From assembly GCF_001447785.1 (NCBI RefSeq), contig NW_015175496.1:1-56074 (forward strand): a DNA stretch of 56,074 nt, given 5' to 3'. The DNA is from Gekko japonicus. Lineage: Eukaryota. Position numbers and translations under genes: made by a program. A model generated the notes under the pieces. That model did no database searches, was not told the DNA's origin, and saw only the letters and a list, made by a program, of their open reading frames with translations. Of the stretch, positions 1-12,344 are shown piece after piece. Positions within the stretch are counted from its first letter, which is position 1; each line of letters starts with the position of its first letter.

Positions 1-1826
1 TCTCTGTTTCTTGCTTCTATAGTCTTGCAATATAAAGCTTCAGGTAGGATGTTGTGGATCTCCGCTCGACCATGATTTATGAATTGATTTCAGAGGCAGT
101 AGGCAATGGTTTAATGGATGAATATTTTAAGGACCCTAAACAATTCAGTTTGTGTGATACGTTAGAAACTGGGAGAAGGGATACTATTTTTACCATGTCC
201 TTCCTCCACAGAGCTAAGAGCAGAATTTGTGGTTCACAGCTTTTAAGAGAAAATTGTGGCCAAGTCCCCTGGGCAGTCAAACTGTTGAACAATTGTTCCA
301 ATGGCAGTTTTCTGACACATGACAGAGGAAATGATCCACCTCAAAGATGAAACCACAAGCCATCATACTTGGAAATCCATTTTATTTGCCTTCTCTCAGG
401 GCCAGTGAAGTTTTGCATTCTTTAGAACACTTCTGCCCCCTTGTGCCAATGAATGAGAAAAGTTTCAAGGACTGGCTGTGTGAAATGAGGCTTGGGAAAT
501 ATCCACAAGCTACAAACTCCACATAAATGATATTTGGAATACCCAGAGGACTAAAGGCACAATTCACACACAGGGATGGCTTAGTGAAGAAAGCATCATC
601 CTGTTAATCCAAAGGACCTGGATGCCACAGTGTGTGTGTGGGGGTGTTTTACACCAAAATGAGCGAAAGAAACCAATAGTGATCCTGTGTGTTGAACTGT
701 ATGAAGTATAAGACTGCAGAGGCTAGAGTTGAAATCTCTGCTCCCTGCTCACTCTGGTCTTGGGTTCATGATTATCAGTCCAATTTATCACAGCAGGATT
801 AATATGGGACAATTGGCAAGAGCCAAAAGGCTCCTGACCTGTGGCCACAAGTCGGGGTATAAATCCAATCTCCTCCTCTTCTCCTCCTCCTCCTACATTA
901 AGATCAAACAAAACCAGTATTTAAATATACAGAGTACAATCAACATCAATCATCTCTCCAGGACTTCAGTCTTATATTCCTTGATCCTCATAGCAATCAA
1001 AAGAAATACGTTCCAAAGGCTTTCACGGCTACTGTGAAATGACTCCTCCCAAAAACTTTTCTCTGCTTCAAACAGGATCCCCCTTATTGCTTCCTAAATT
1101 GACTAGATTCATCCAGGCCCCAGCTCTCCGGTAATTTTGTTATTGTAATACTGAGAGGGCTGGAGAAAAGCAGAATAAGGAAACAACTAAGCCATGCATA
1201 CCACTGAAACAATCCTGTCTCTAAGCTGTTTTCATCAAGCCTCCCGTGAGGTTCCTTCAAGCCTATAATCCCCTCAGAATAAGCCACATACATGCTGGGC
1301 CGCACCGGGAGTCCAGGCACTGCCTCATTGCCTCACTGAGGCCAAGGAGACTAGGCGGTCCCCAAAGCCTCTATTATTATTTTTAAAGTATTTTTAAAGC
1401 AATTGGAAAGGTGTTAAATTTGAATCCCTAGTTTCTCGGTCTGGAGACAGGTTGTCATCACGCCATTCCACGTGTTTTCCTAGTGCAGAACACAGGAGAT
1501 AAGTGGTTAGATCGGGGGGGGGGGGGGCGAGCACAACTATTACAAACGGTGAGGTTATCCTCCCGCCCGCAATTAGTCACATCACTATAATTTGTTCATC
1601 TGATCAAAGCTCAAAGATGGTACCAGAAAACATTCAGTAAATAAGACTGAATGTGGTTATAAAATAAACCCTCCTTTTCCACTGAGAACTGGGAGAGGCT
1701 TCTTGGGAAGGCACTGTCCATTTGATTTCTCTCATCTTGCAATGAGACACTGGAAGCTACGGGTTTGATACGTTTCTCTTTCAGGAATATAGTGTGGTTT
1801 GCAGCGATCATTCAAAATATCCTGTA

Positions 1827-2065
1827 ATGCGGTGGATGACATGGAGAAAGGAGAGATACTTCTCTGTTTGGATGGTGTTGCTTCACATTATATCCAAAGG
1901 ACATACCAATAAGTGTCTGAGGCATGAAGCCATCCCCGTGCCACACAAATGGTTCCAGTCAGGGGACCTCCTTATTGGTGGGATTGCTTCACAGATTGTC
2001 TATGAACTTCACTCATGCTTTTTCAACGCACAGCCTTCGTCACTAGACCTCTTTGGAGTTCCACA
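1827..2065 (+). pseudogene. Vmn2r: V2R-1 exon 1
   Basis: PVPHKWFQSGDLLIGG; donor CA|GTAAG at 2066; start codon ambiguous. Confidence 0.8.
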
Positions 2066-2246
2066 GTAAGGTTCCCCCCCCCCCACTTTCCAGCTCATGA
2101 ACCCCCGCAATTGTTTATAGAAGCTTCTGTACCACTGTTCAAAAATCAAAATAAAAAGAACCTGCATTGCAAGCCCTAGCAATGCTCCTTTACAACCACT
2201 TTCATCCTTTTCTAAATTCTTTAAATGCTGTGAAGAGTGGGCCTGC

Positions 2247-2568
2247 AGCTGCGGTGGCTCAAGGCTGTGGAAGGTCGGTAGTCCAGCAGTTCGAGACCCG
2301 GGTGCCGCATGATGGAGTGAGCTCCCGTCTCTAGTTCCAGCTCCTGCCAACCTAGCAGTTTGAAAGCGAGAAAATGCAAGTAGATAAATAGGTACCCCTT
2401 CGGTGGGAAGGCAACAGCGTTCCATGCACCTTGGTGTTTAGTCATGCCGGCCACATGACCACAGAAACATCTTCGGACAGAGCTGGTTCTTTGGCTTTGA
2501 AACGGAGATGAGCACCGCAACCCTAAAGTCGGACTCGACTGGCTTTCGAGCAAGGGAACCTTTACCTT
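2247..2568 (+). mobile_element. Sauria SINE
   Basis: GGAGTGAGCTCCCGTC...CCAACCTAGCAGTT core and ACCTTT tail. Confidence 0.85.
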
Positions 2569-2897
2569 ATAGCCACCCACTAAGCTTCATGCTGTGGGGA
2601 TTTGAATCTGTCTTCCTGATCTCAGTCCAGCATTCTAACGTCTACAGCGACTAGTGGTCGCTGGTATCATGATTTCTTCTTCATTCTAACAATGCTGAGA
2701 ATTCATGTTGTCTTGCTTAACATCAAATGTAAACCTACTTAACTCACCTTCTAAAATTTATTTGCATGTCCCTTTCTGCATTGTTCTCACGATCTTCCTT
2801 TTTAAACACAATCAAAGTGTCATAGAATCACAGAGTTGGAAGGGGCCACACAGGCCATCTAGTCCAGCCCCTGCTCAATGCAAGATCAGCCTAGAGC

Positions 2898-3261
2898 AAA
2901 TGGATAAGAGGAAGTACATCTTCACCCAAAGAGTGATTAACACTTGGAATTCACTGCCACAGGAAGTGGTGGCGGCTACAAGCATGGACGGCTTCAAAAG
3001 GGAATTAGATAAGCATATGGAGCAGAGGCCCATCAGTGGCTATTAGCCAGAAGGTATAGATAGGCGCTCTGGGGCAAGTGATGCTCTGTCTTCTTGGTGC
3101 TTGGGGGGGAGGTCAACAGTGGGAGGGCTTCTAATGTCCTGGCCCCACTGCTGGACCTCCTGATGGCACTGGTATTTCTGGCCACTGTGTGACACAGAGT
3201 GTTGGACTGGATGGGCCTTTGGCCTGATCCAACATTGGCATTTCTTATGTTCTTATGTTCT
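2898..3261 (+). mobile_element. CR1 LINE 3' fragment
   Basis: [23 protein letters not shown]...FKRELDKHM; tail (TTCTTATG)n. Confidence 0.9.
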
Positions 3262-3419
3262 GACAAGTGTATATAATCATAGACTCACAGAGTTGGAAGG
3301 AGTCGTACAGTGCATGTGCCTCTCATCACCTTGATCTATTCAGCTTTGAAAATGTCTCCCCCGTTCCTGCCATTTGATTACGTAGTATTCATTTTTTAAA
3401 AAGAATTTCTATCTGTAAG

Positions 3420-3625
3420 TGGTGTTAGTCTGTTGCTGCAAAATTGTAAAAAGCCCAGTAGTACCGTTAAGACTAACACATTTAATTGTAGCATAAGCTT
3501 TTGAGAAACACAGCTCTCTTCATCATCCGAATCCTCCATGCACCTGACAAAGAGAGTTGTGTTTCTCGAAAGCTTATGCTACAATAAAGTTTGTTATTTT
3601 AAAAGTACTACTGGGCTTTTTGCTA
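3420..3625. mobile_element. Long inverted repeat, Penelope-like element remnant
   Basis: Arms AAAAAGCCCAGTAGTAC...TTGTAGCATAAGCTTT and AAAGCTTATGCTACAA...GTACTACTGGGCTTTTT; family assignment is from recall. Confidence 0.6.
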
Positions 3626-4009
3626 TTTATCTGTAAGAGAACACGCAGAAACACATGAAGCTGACTTCTACTGAAGCTACCCTGACTGGCAGTGGCTCTC
3701 CAGGGTCTCAGGCAGATGTTTTACACATCAGCTACTACCTGATCTTTTTTAACTGGCTGCCAGGGATTGAACCTGTGCTTAGTGATATAGAAGTGTACTG
3801 CAGAATGTAATTTTCTTTTTGCATGTAAGTCATATTATGGTCATGAAAAAATAGCACAACTGTGAACCATCACATCCCTGCTTATACACTTTGCTTATAC
3901 AATAAGTTATTTCCACATTTTGTTAGTGTGCAGCAGTGATGAAAAAAGCAAACTCCATGGGATAATTAGGAAAGAGATCTAAACAAAGATTGTTAGGAAT
4001 ATTGTTTGG

Positions 4010-4812
4010 AATATTGTGTACATTCTGGTCACTGTATCGTTAAAAAAGTATTGAAGAGCTGGAAAGAGTACAGAAGAGGGCAACAACGACAACAATTAAG
4101 TGGTCAGAGTGCCTTTCCTATGAGAAAAGCCTAAAGAATCTGAGACTTTTCATTTCAGAAAAAAAATTGACTAAGGGGAGGCATGATAGTGGCTTGTAAC
4201 ATTATACACGGGGTGGTGAAATGGCCAATATTAGAACTTGGGAGGGGAGGTGCAACAAAGAAGTCGATGGGCCATGGATTCAGGATGGACAAAAGGAAAT
4301 ACTTCTTGACTCAGCAGATCGTATAATTATGCAGTTCACTGCCTGAGGACATACTGATGGCTGTGAACATAGATGGTTTTAAAGGGGGCTAAGACAGATT
4401 CCTGGAGAAGAGATTCATCAGTGGAGGCTGGCCATGGTGACTAAATGGAACCTCCTCACTCAGATGCAGTGAATTTCTGAATACTAATGGGGCAGAGAAA
4501 CTGCTTTGCATGCAGACGTTTCCAGGTTCATTTCCTGGCATAGCCAGTTAAAACGATCAGGTAGTGAGTGATGTGAAACATCTCTACCAGAAATCCTGGG
4601 GAACAGCAGACAGTCAGAGTAGACAACGTTGACCTTTGGCCAGTGGTCTGATTCAGTATAATGGAGCTTCATGTGTTCACTGGTGCTAGGAGACAACACT
4701 GGTGGAAGCCTTAAGTTCTATGTTCTTGTTGGTGTCCTTCCAGAGCACCTGCCTGGTCACTGTGTGATACAGGATGCTGGACTAAGTGGACCACAGGCCT
4801 GATCAAGCAGGT
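4010..4812 (+). mobile_element. Old CR1 LINE 3' fragment with nested Squam2-like SINE (~4490-4678)
   Basis: Degenerate version of the CR1 at 34807 (GGAATATTGTGTACATTCTGGTCAC...GAAGAGGGCAAC...). Confidence 0.75.
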
Positions 4813-4970
4813 CACCTCTTCAATTTTTATCTTGTGATGTATAGATGCCTTCTTAGTACATTAAAACTAATGGTTTATATCTATTTATTTATGTTCTTCA
4901 TGTACTATGGGCCAGAAAGCAAATTATTACTGACATGGAACATTCCATTTAGTAGGTAAATGTATCCTGG

Positions 4971-5323
4971 GAGCTGTGGTGGCTCAAGTGGTTAAGAGGC
5001 TGAACTTCAGGCTGTGGAAGGTCAGTAGTTCAGTGGTTCGAGACCCGAGTTGCCACATAACGGAGTGAGCTCCCGTCTCTAGTTCCAGCTCCTGCCAACC
5101 TAGCAGTTCGAAAGCAAGAAATTGCAAGTAGATAAATAGGTACCACTTCGGTGGGAAAGTAACAGCGTTCCATGTGCCTTGGTGTTTAGTCATGCCGGCC
5201 ACATGACCACAAAAACATCTTCGGACAGCGCTGGCTCTTCGGCTTTGAAACGGAGATGAGCACCGCAACCCTAGAGTCGGACTCGACTGGCTTTAGAGCA
5301 AGGGAGACCTTTACCTTTACCTT
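4971..5323 (+). mobile_element. Sauria SINE with TSD
   Basis: TSD TAAATGTATCCTGG at 4957-4970 and 5324-5337; (ACCTTT)n tail. Confidence 0.9.
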
Positions 5324-5391
5324 TAAATGTATCCTGGATACAGAGAGAAGAGAAAATGACATATGAAATTATGTCCAAACTTTACTTACAG

Positions 5392-5683
5392 AATGGTGAT
5401 GAAGTTCTATCAGCATGTTCTAGCCTTGGCATTCGCCGTAAATGAGATCAATGAGAATCCCAAGATTTTGCCCAATGCCACTCTTGGGTTCCATATCTAT
5501 GACAGCTACTATGATTCCAAGATGACCTATCGTACCATTATGGACCTGCTCTTCCATTCAGACAGATTTCTCCCAAATTACAAATGCGGTACTCAGACAA
5601 ATGTAATAGCTGTCATTGGGGGACTTGAGGCCGATGTCTCCTTCCATATGGCAGACATCTTGAGAATCTACAAAATTCCTCAG
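5392..5683 (+). pseudogene. Vmn2r: V2R-1 exon 2
   Basis: TACAG|A ATG GTG...KIPQ|GTAGG; 292 nt, as in both paralogs. Confidence 0.9.
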
Positions 5684-6039
5684 GTAGGAACTGTGCACAG
5701 ACAAATGGTGGGTGCTCAGATTTTTTGGAATGACTTGGGGATTCAGAAGAGAGAGCGTTATTATTGATCGGAAAACAAACCCTCTTGTCTTAAGTTTAAA
5801 GAGCAAGTTGCAAAGAGTAGTTGCTTCATATGGGAAAAGAGGGGAAGAAAGCATGTTATTGTATAGGGTTTTTTTTAGCATATATCTAACCAATGACCCT
5901 GTCCTGGAAGTTTTATCACAATTTGAAAATAAGTACTGGATTTTAACACTTCCTTTAGTAAATTTTCATGGCATACATACATAAAACATACAAAATATAC
6001 CTCCAAATTGATCCATAAAATATATGTACGTTTTTCTAG

Positions 6040-6903
6040 CTCACGTATGGCTCCTTTGCCCCTGAGGAGCAGGATACGGCAGAGTTTCCTACCTTTTATC
6101 GCATGGTTCCAAATGAAGCCCATCAGTATACGGTGATTATCCAGTTGCTTCTCCACTTTAGATGGATGTGGGTTGGGCTTCTTACTGGGGATGATGAGAG
6201 TGGGCTACATTTCTTGAAGACCCTGGAGCCCTTGCTTGCCCAGAATGGAATCTGTTTGGCCTCCACTGGAATAATCCCACACCAAGGCAAATGGGATAAC
6301 TTAGGTGACGTCAATGCTTTAATCTCAAATGTACACCAGTCTTTCACAGACAACTGAGCCAATGCATGTATTCTTTATGGAATGTCTATGACCATGATAT
6401 CATTGAATAATAAGATATTTCTGGGAGATCCAACATATGGGGGAAATGTCACGTTTGGAAAGGTATGGATTTTGACAGCCCAAATTGATTTCACATTATC
6501 TGGGATTCAAAGGGCCTGGGATTTCAACACCTTCCATGGTGCCATTTCCTTTAGTATTCACTCCCGTGAGGTTCTTGACTTCCCGAAATTTCTTCATTTC
6601 ATAAAACCTAATTGGAAAAAAGAAGATGGTTTCCTCAAGGACTTCTGGGAACAAGCATTTGACTGCACTGTTCCAGATCCTCAGAAGTCAATGAAGATTG
6701 AGGATCCATGTACTGGGGAAGAGAAGCTGGAGAGTCTTCCAAGGTCTGTTTTTGAAATGCACATGACTGGTCACAGCTACAGTATTTATAATGCTGTGTA
6801 TGCTGTTGCACATGCTTTGAATGTCATGTCCACATCCAGGCAAAATCACAGAACAAAAGATGGAGGGGAAAGTGTTGATCTTCAAGAAGTCCATCCTTGG
6901 CAG
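6040..6903 (+). pseudogene. Vmn2r: V2R-1 exon 3 (Venus flytrap domain, internal TGA)
   Basis: TTCTAG|LTYGSF...YRMVPNE...HPWQ|GTAAT; ORFs 6103 and 6382 are in the same frame. Confidence 0.9.
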
Positions 6904-7748
6904 GTAATCTTTCCACAATGAAATATCTTTGTTGCCTTGAACATGTTAGTGGAGAGTGAAACAACCCCTAGCTTTGCCCTCTGTCTATTACTGGGGAAAT
7001 GGGGTTTTTCCCATTTCTTTATTGACATAGTTTTGGGTATTCACATTCCCTCTTCTACAGGGAAAAAAAATAAGCCATTTCTTTTCACTCTTCTGCCATA
7101 GCAAAACTGTGTGTAGGAGAAAGTATGCAAAAACAAATCAACAAGCCATGGTGTTTCTGAATTTCAAAACTGAACCCTCAATATGTCATTGGCTCCCCTG
7201 TCCTTTTCTCAGATAATGGCATTGTTACTTCACTAAATTTAGTATGCAGAATCTGGATGGTGTCATGGCCAATCGATTGCTCTTCAGTCTCTTTGTGTTA
7301 TGCATCTTCCCTTTTTTGAGGTTATCTGTGGCAAAATTTCTAAGGCAATTGTAGTACCAGAATGTTCACTGTGAACTTTCAAAATGTTAATTATCCTGTG
7401 GGAGAACCAAGAGGCAATTGGGGAAGTGGACTGAGAAGCCAAAATGATCCTAGAAATGGGCGTCATCATACCCCATCCTGTTGTGCTCCCCCTTCACATG
7501 ATGGAAGGCCCAACAGAGCCAAGTAAATCAATTGGCATTAGATCTACCCAATATAACTGAGGTGCTGACTGGACCTACTGCTTGTTGGTTGCCCTGGCAA
7601 CTGTCTGTGACATGTTTGGCTGAAGGTGAGACACATGCAGTTGTCAGGGTTGAAGTGCTGCTTCAGGGGAAAGTGACCCATTTTTCCAGTGACTTTAATT
7701 GTCAGTCCACCCAATGTGAAGCATTCACTAGGCCCAATAGTAAATATT

Positions 7749-8112
7749 GGCCCCGGTCAGACGGCAAAGTTGCCGTGGGAGAGGCACGGATGGTGGGTGG
7801 ATTATCCGGGCGTGATCAAACCCCAACATCTGGGAAGTGGAGCGCACCGGTAGCTTACCGCCGACAATGCGCCTTAAAAACTAGTACCTCCAAGGTACTA
7901 GTAAGCGTTTGCCATGGGCTGCCTCCAGACAACCATGGTGTGATCGCGCCAGCACGCAACATTCACCTCCAGTCCCTCGTTTACCCGCCAGCGCCAAGGG
8001 AAGGACCCGTGGTGTGCCTCCAGCGCATCTGATCGTGTAATCACAGATCAAACTGTGCCGTGGCAATTAGCCATGCCTCCCCCCGCGATATCCGGCCTGT
8101 GTGACTGGGGCC
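7749..8112. mobile_element. PIF/Harbinger-type MITE
   Basis: TIR GGCCCCGGTCAGAC / GTGTGACTGGGGCC; 3-bp TSD ATT. Confidence 0.8.
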
Positions 8113-8422
8113 ATTTTCTAATTTTTTTTTTAATCTGTCATTATTTAGCTAAAATTCCTATGGCATATATGCTCTCCCCTTCAGTGTAATAACAGTGTAA
8201 TTGCAGGTGCAAGACGAACAAGACAGAGGAAGATCTGATTAGTACTATCTGATTTTCCCCTTCTTCCCTGGAATGCTACTATGTAAGGCTACAGCCTCAT
8301 CCAGCCTCTGGAACATGTCCTGAACTTGCCTGCCTCCTATCTTCCCTCCCTCGCTAGATTCCCTTTGTCTCAAAGCACAAAGTAAAGCGCCTTCTCCCTC
8401 TTATCCACTATAGGGATAATAC

Positions 8423-8633
8423 GGAGAGACTGTGGCTCAGTGGAAGAGCCTCTGCTTTGCATTCAGAAGGTCCCTAGTTCCGGTTCTGGCACCTCCAATT
8501 TAAAGGACCAGGCATTAGGTGATGTGAAAGACCTCATTCCCAGTCTGAGATCCTGGAGCACTGCTGCCAGTCTGAGTAGACGATACTGACCTTGATGGAC
8601 CAACAGTCTGATTCAGTATAAGGCAGTTTCATG
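8423..8633 (+). mobile_element. tRNA-derived SINE (Squam2-like)
   Basis: TGGCTCAGTGG A-box...GATTCAGTATAAGGCAG tail; related copies at ~3645-3775 (-) and ~43845-44055. Confidence 0.7.
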
Positions 8634-8761
8634 GGTATTACCTTGAGGAATGGTTTTAATGTGACATATAGTTAGGATTCTCTTTCCAGCTGTGTGGTCT
8701 TTCAGCAAAAGGATGCTCACCTGGAAACAACTTTTGATGTTTTTTTTGCTCTTCTCCGCAG

Positions 8762-8989
8762 CTTCACTCATTTCTTCAAGACATTTCATTTAACAACTCA
8801 GCTGGAGAAACGCTGTCTTTTAATGGTAATAAGGAAATTGGGGCTGGATTTGATATAATGAACCTGGTGACATTGCCAAATAAGTCCTTTGTTAGAGTAA
8901 AAGTTGGAAGGGTGGACCCTAGTGTTCCTGAAGGGAAACAGTTAATCATTCATGAAGATCTGTTTGTGTGGCAGACAGCTTTTAACCAG
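8762..8989 (+). pseudogene. Vmn2r: V2R-1 exon 4
   Basis: CGCAG|LHSFLQDISFNNSAGE...AFNQ|GTACG; 228 nt. Confidence 0.9.
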
Positions 8990-9210
8990 GTACGGGTTCC
9001 AGGGTGTTCCTGCAGGGTTCCCCGTTCTCCTGTGGATGACTTGGGAGTTGTGATTTTCCTTTGATGCATTTTGTAACCTTTTAATGCATGATCAGTCTCT
9101 CTCTCTCTCTGTCTCACCCCCCTCTCTACCTCTCTCTCCCTCTGTGTGTGTGTGTGTGTAAAGAGACACTTACTGTGCTGAAAACTAAATTGACATGTGG
9201 AAAATGGTCA

Positions 9211-10090
9211 TCTATATTCTAATAGCGAAGTGGCCCCCGTGCATGCGTATATCTAAATCTGCGCACCGGGGGCACTTGGGGGGGAGGGAGATTTTTGTGC
9301 ACACGTGGGACGGTCCCCAGGTGTGCACAAAAATCCTAAAACTAAAAAAAAAATATCGGGGGGATACTTAAATCCCCCCGAAACTGACAGAGCGTCCCCT
9401 GCGCATGACAGCAGCGAGGAGCCAAGGGGGGAGAGGCAAGGGGGGAAAGGCAAGGGGGGTGAAGGAGACAGAGGAACCAGCGGGATGGGGGGTACTTACC
9501 TCCTCCTGCTGCTTCCTCTGCCTCCCCCCGTGAGTATCGCGGGCCCCGTCCCTTGTCTATATATCTAATATCTAAATCTGCACATAGGGAGCACATGGAG
9601 GGTAAATAGATTTTCATGCACACTTGGGGCATTCCCCCACTGTGCAGAAAAATCTGAAATGTTGAAAAAAACTTTATGGGGGTACTTAAATCCCCCAAAA
9701 GTAAAAGAGCGTTCCCTGTGCATGCGCAGAGAAGACACCACAGGGAACTGTGGCAGAGCCACACAGGGCTCACCGCTGTTGCTGCTGGTGGTGGCAGTAG
9801 AAACCTTGGTGGGCTGGCGGCTGGGAGCCATGGTTGTTGCTGCTGTAAGTGGGAGGGGGGAGAAGCCTGGTGGCCCCAGCAGCTAGTAGCCACGCTGGGC
9901 TTGCCACTGTTGCCTCTGCTGGTGGGGGGGAGGAGAAGCCTGGTGGGCCGGCAGCTGAGAGCCATGGCTGTTGCTGCTGTTGGCAGGGGGGAGAAGCCTT
10001 GGCGGGCCCAGTGGACTGCCTGCCTGGCTCTCCTGTGGCCGCCTCCTCTTCCTCCTCCATGCAGAGCTCCTGCTGGTTCAGCTTTAATTT
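9211..10090 (+). mobile_element. GC-rich repeat, two tandem Helitron-like units
   Basis: A|TCTATATT start at 9211; hairpin CCCGTGA-GTA-TCGCGGG then CTTG ending at 9555; second unit starts TCTATATATC at 9556 and repeats the first ~160 bp. Confidence 0.45.
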
Positions 10091-11234
10091 TCATGATTTG
10101 TTAGGTTTGGGGAGAATCAGATGCCATTTCTTCAGTGATCACAAATGACTACCTGTTGGCCATTCCTGTTTGTTTTCAATGAAGGACTGTGCTGAGTAGT
10201 AATGTTCTCCTGTCTGCTTCTCAAATTTTACTTAACAAATAAGAAAAAAATATCTGCCACGATCAACAAGTACTAGTTGAATATTGTGTTGGTACTATTC
10301 TGTAGACAGGCAGGCTATAAATAAATACTACTTTATCTTTCTGCAGACTCACTTCTTGTTAGCTAATACACAATAACATATTTTCTTTTTTTCACTTTTT
10401 TAAATAAACTTGTATTAATTTTTAAGTTACAATAACAAAAAAAGAAAAATAGTTTCTGATTACTTCTGCACTAAGCCAAGGATGCTGAGAACTTTGATGC
10501 AAACATGATCCCGAGGCAAGTTTAACCTGATCGAACAATCTTGATTATATGCAAAATGAGATCTAGCTTGGATTGCTTCTGATTTTAGTTATACATTTTG
10601 TCAAACAGCTTTTCAGCTGTGGAGGAACTTCTTGTGCTATAAGGCCAGGTCATAATTCGGTTGTGAGTAACAAATTGGTTTTGAAGTTTGCAATAATGTT
10701 GCACCTCATAATCATCAACCAGACATAAATTCTTAGTTATCTGAGAAGAGGAATGCATTCCCTGAGGTCATTATCAGGTTATTAATATGATGTTCTTTTC
10801 AAGCATGAAATTGTTGTAGGAAGACCTGCCATCACATTTGATTAAATAGCCCTAGAAGGAAACAATATCTGTGTTTTGCTTCTGTGCAGTCACTATCTAT
10901 TAAGTGACTGTCAGGTTAGCTATATTCATGGGCAGATGTTGAAAGCATACAGATATGTCTTAGTAGTAAGTCTCAACTAAATCTCATTTTTTGGTCTTTT
11001 TAAAATATGCCTTTTAACTATCAGAAGAGGAGGAGGAAGTTGCACCCGAAAGGGGGAGGCGGTCATCAGAAATTGCAAGAAAGTTTGTAATCAAGGGAAT
11101 ACAAATAGATTCATTCAGATGCAGTATTCATTTACTTCTATACCCCTTAATTACAACCACAGATCAGAAGTTGAGCTGAACTGGAGTGATGTCAAACATC
11201 CCTTTCCTAAACTCCTTTTTATTTTCTTGTATAG

Positions 11235-11361
11235 ATTCCACCCCTTTCTCTGTGTAATGATTATTGTCATCCTGGTTATCACAAGAAAAAGAAGGAAGGA
11301 GAGAAATCCTGCTGTTACCATTGTGCTCCCTGCCCAGAAGGGAAGATTTCAAATGAGATAG
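11235..11361 (+). pseudogene. Vmn2r: V2R-1 exon 5 (cysteine-rich domain)
   Basis: ATAG|[43 protein letters not shown]|GTAC; 127 nt. Confidence 0.9.
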
Positions 11362-11908
11362 GTACATGATGTATTCTACTGGTTTCCCAGTACTCATGGT
11401 TAATCACAATTAAAATTTCTGTAATATGTAATATTATGTAATATGTAACCACATAGTAAATCAGTAGATTGGGAGGTCTGCTAAATGTTTGAAGAACTTC
11501 TGCATGGAGATCACACATTCAGATCACACATAATGTTAGATCAGTTCAGTTCAGTTCATAATGTTAGATCATGCAGATCCATTCCGCAAAGAGTGGCACT
11601 TCCAAGGACTCCAAGAGTCCCTTGCATCAGGGAAAGTCTTCTTGTGTGAGGCTAAAGTATCTCTAATTGTGGAACAAATCTGCAGTTTCCAATCCATTCA
11701 ATTGTGCAGCCACAGCTAGGATTCTCTTTCCAGCTGTGTGGTCTTTCAGCTTGCACAGAAATCTACTTAATGCTCAGCTAGGATATTAAGGACTCCAAAA
11801 GGGGGAGGAAATCAATTAATTAGGTTCATGTATTTGCTATTCATTTATTTCTGAGGTATGAGTAAATATGAACTATCCTGACATCTGCAAGACCAAGTTC
11901 ATCTAGGT

Positions 11909-12101
11909 CAGGGTTGGCCAAACTTGCTTAATGTAACAGCCACACAGAATAAACGTCTGATGTTTGAGAGTCACAAGACATGAACAAATATTACACACAT
12001 GTTTTTATTGGAAAATATGCAAATTTGATTTTTATTAACATTAAATTAAACTGTGTGAAAGAGCTGCATGCAGCTCCCAAGCTACAGTTTGGCCACCCTT
12101 G
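11909..12101. mobile_element. hAT-type MITE
   Basis: TIR CAGGGTTGGCCAAAC / GTTTGGCCACCCTTG; 8-bp TSD ATCTAGGT. Confidence 0.85.
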
Positions 12102-12344
12102 ATCTAGGTATTGGTCCCCAGTATTGTTTCTAAAGTGTATGTGTGTTGGATCTTTCTTGAAAGTAGATGCATGAATGTACATGCAGGATGAACAGAGCTA
12201 TAAATTCCCCTTTGTACAGAACTGCAGAATCAGCATACCCATAGGTGCCAATGTTCCTCTCTTATCAAAGACAGACACAATAATCTTAATGCAAATATTA
12301 ATTGTTACTGGGATGGCTACTCTTCTTCTTTTTTTCTTTCCTAG

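Noticed and set aside
9253-10148. Cluster of overlapping ORFs up to 250 aa
   Set aside because: GC-rich repeat with few stop codons; low-complexity translations.
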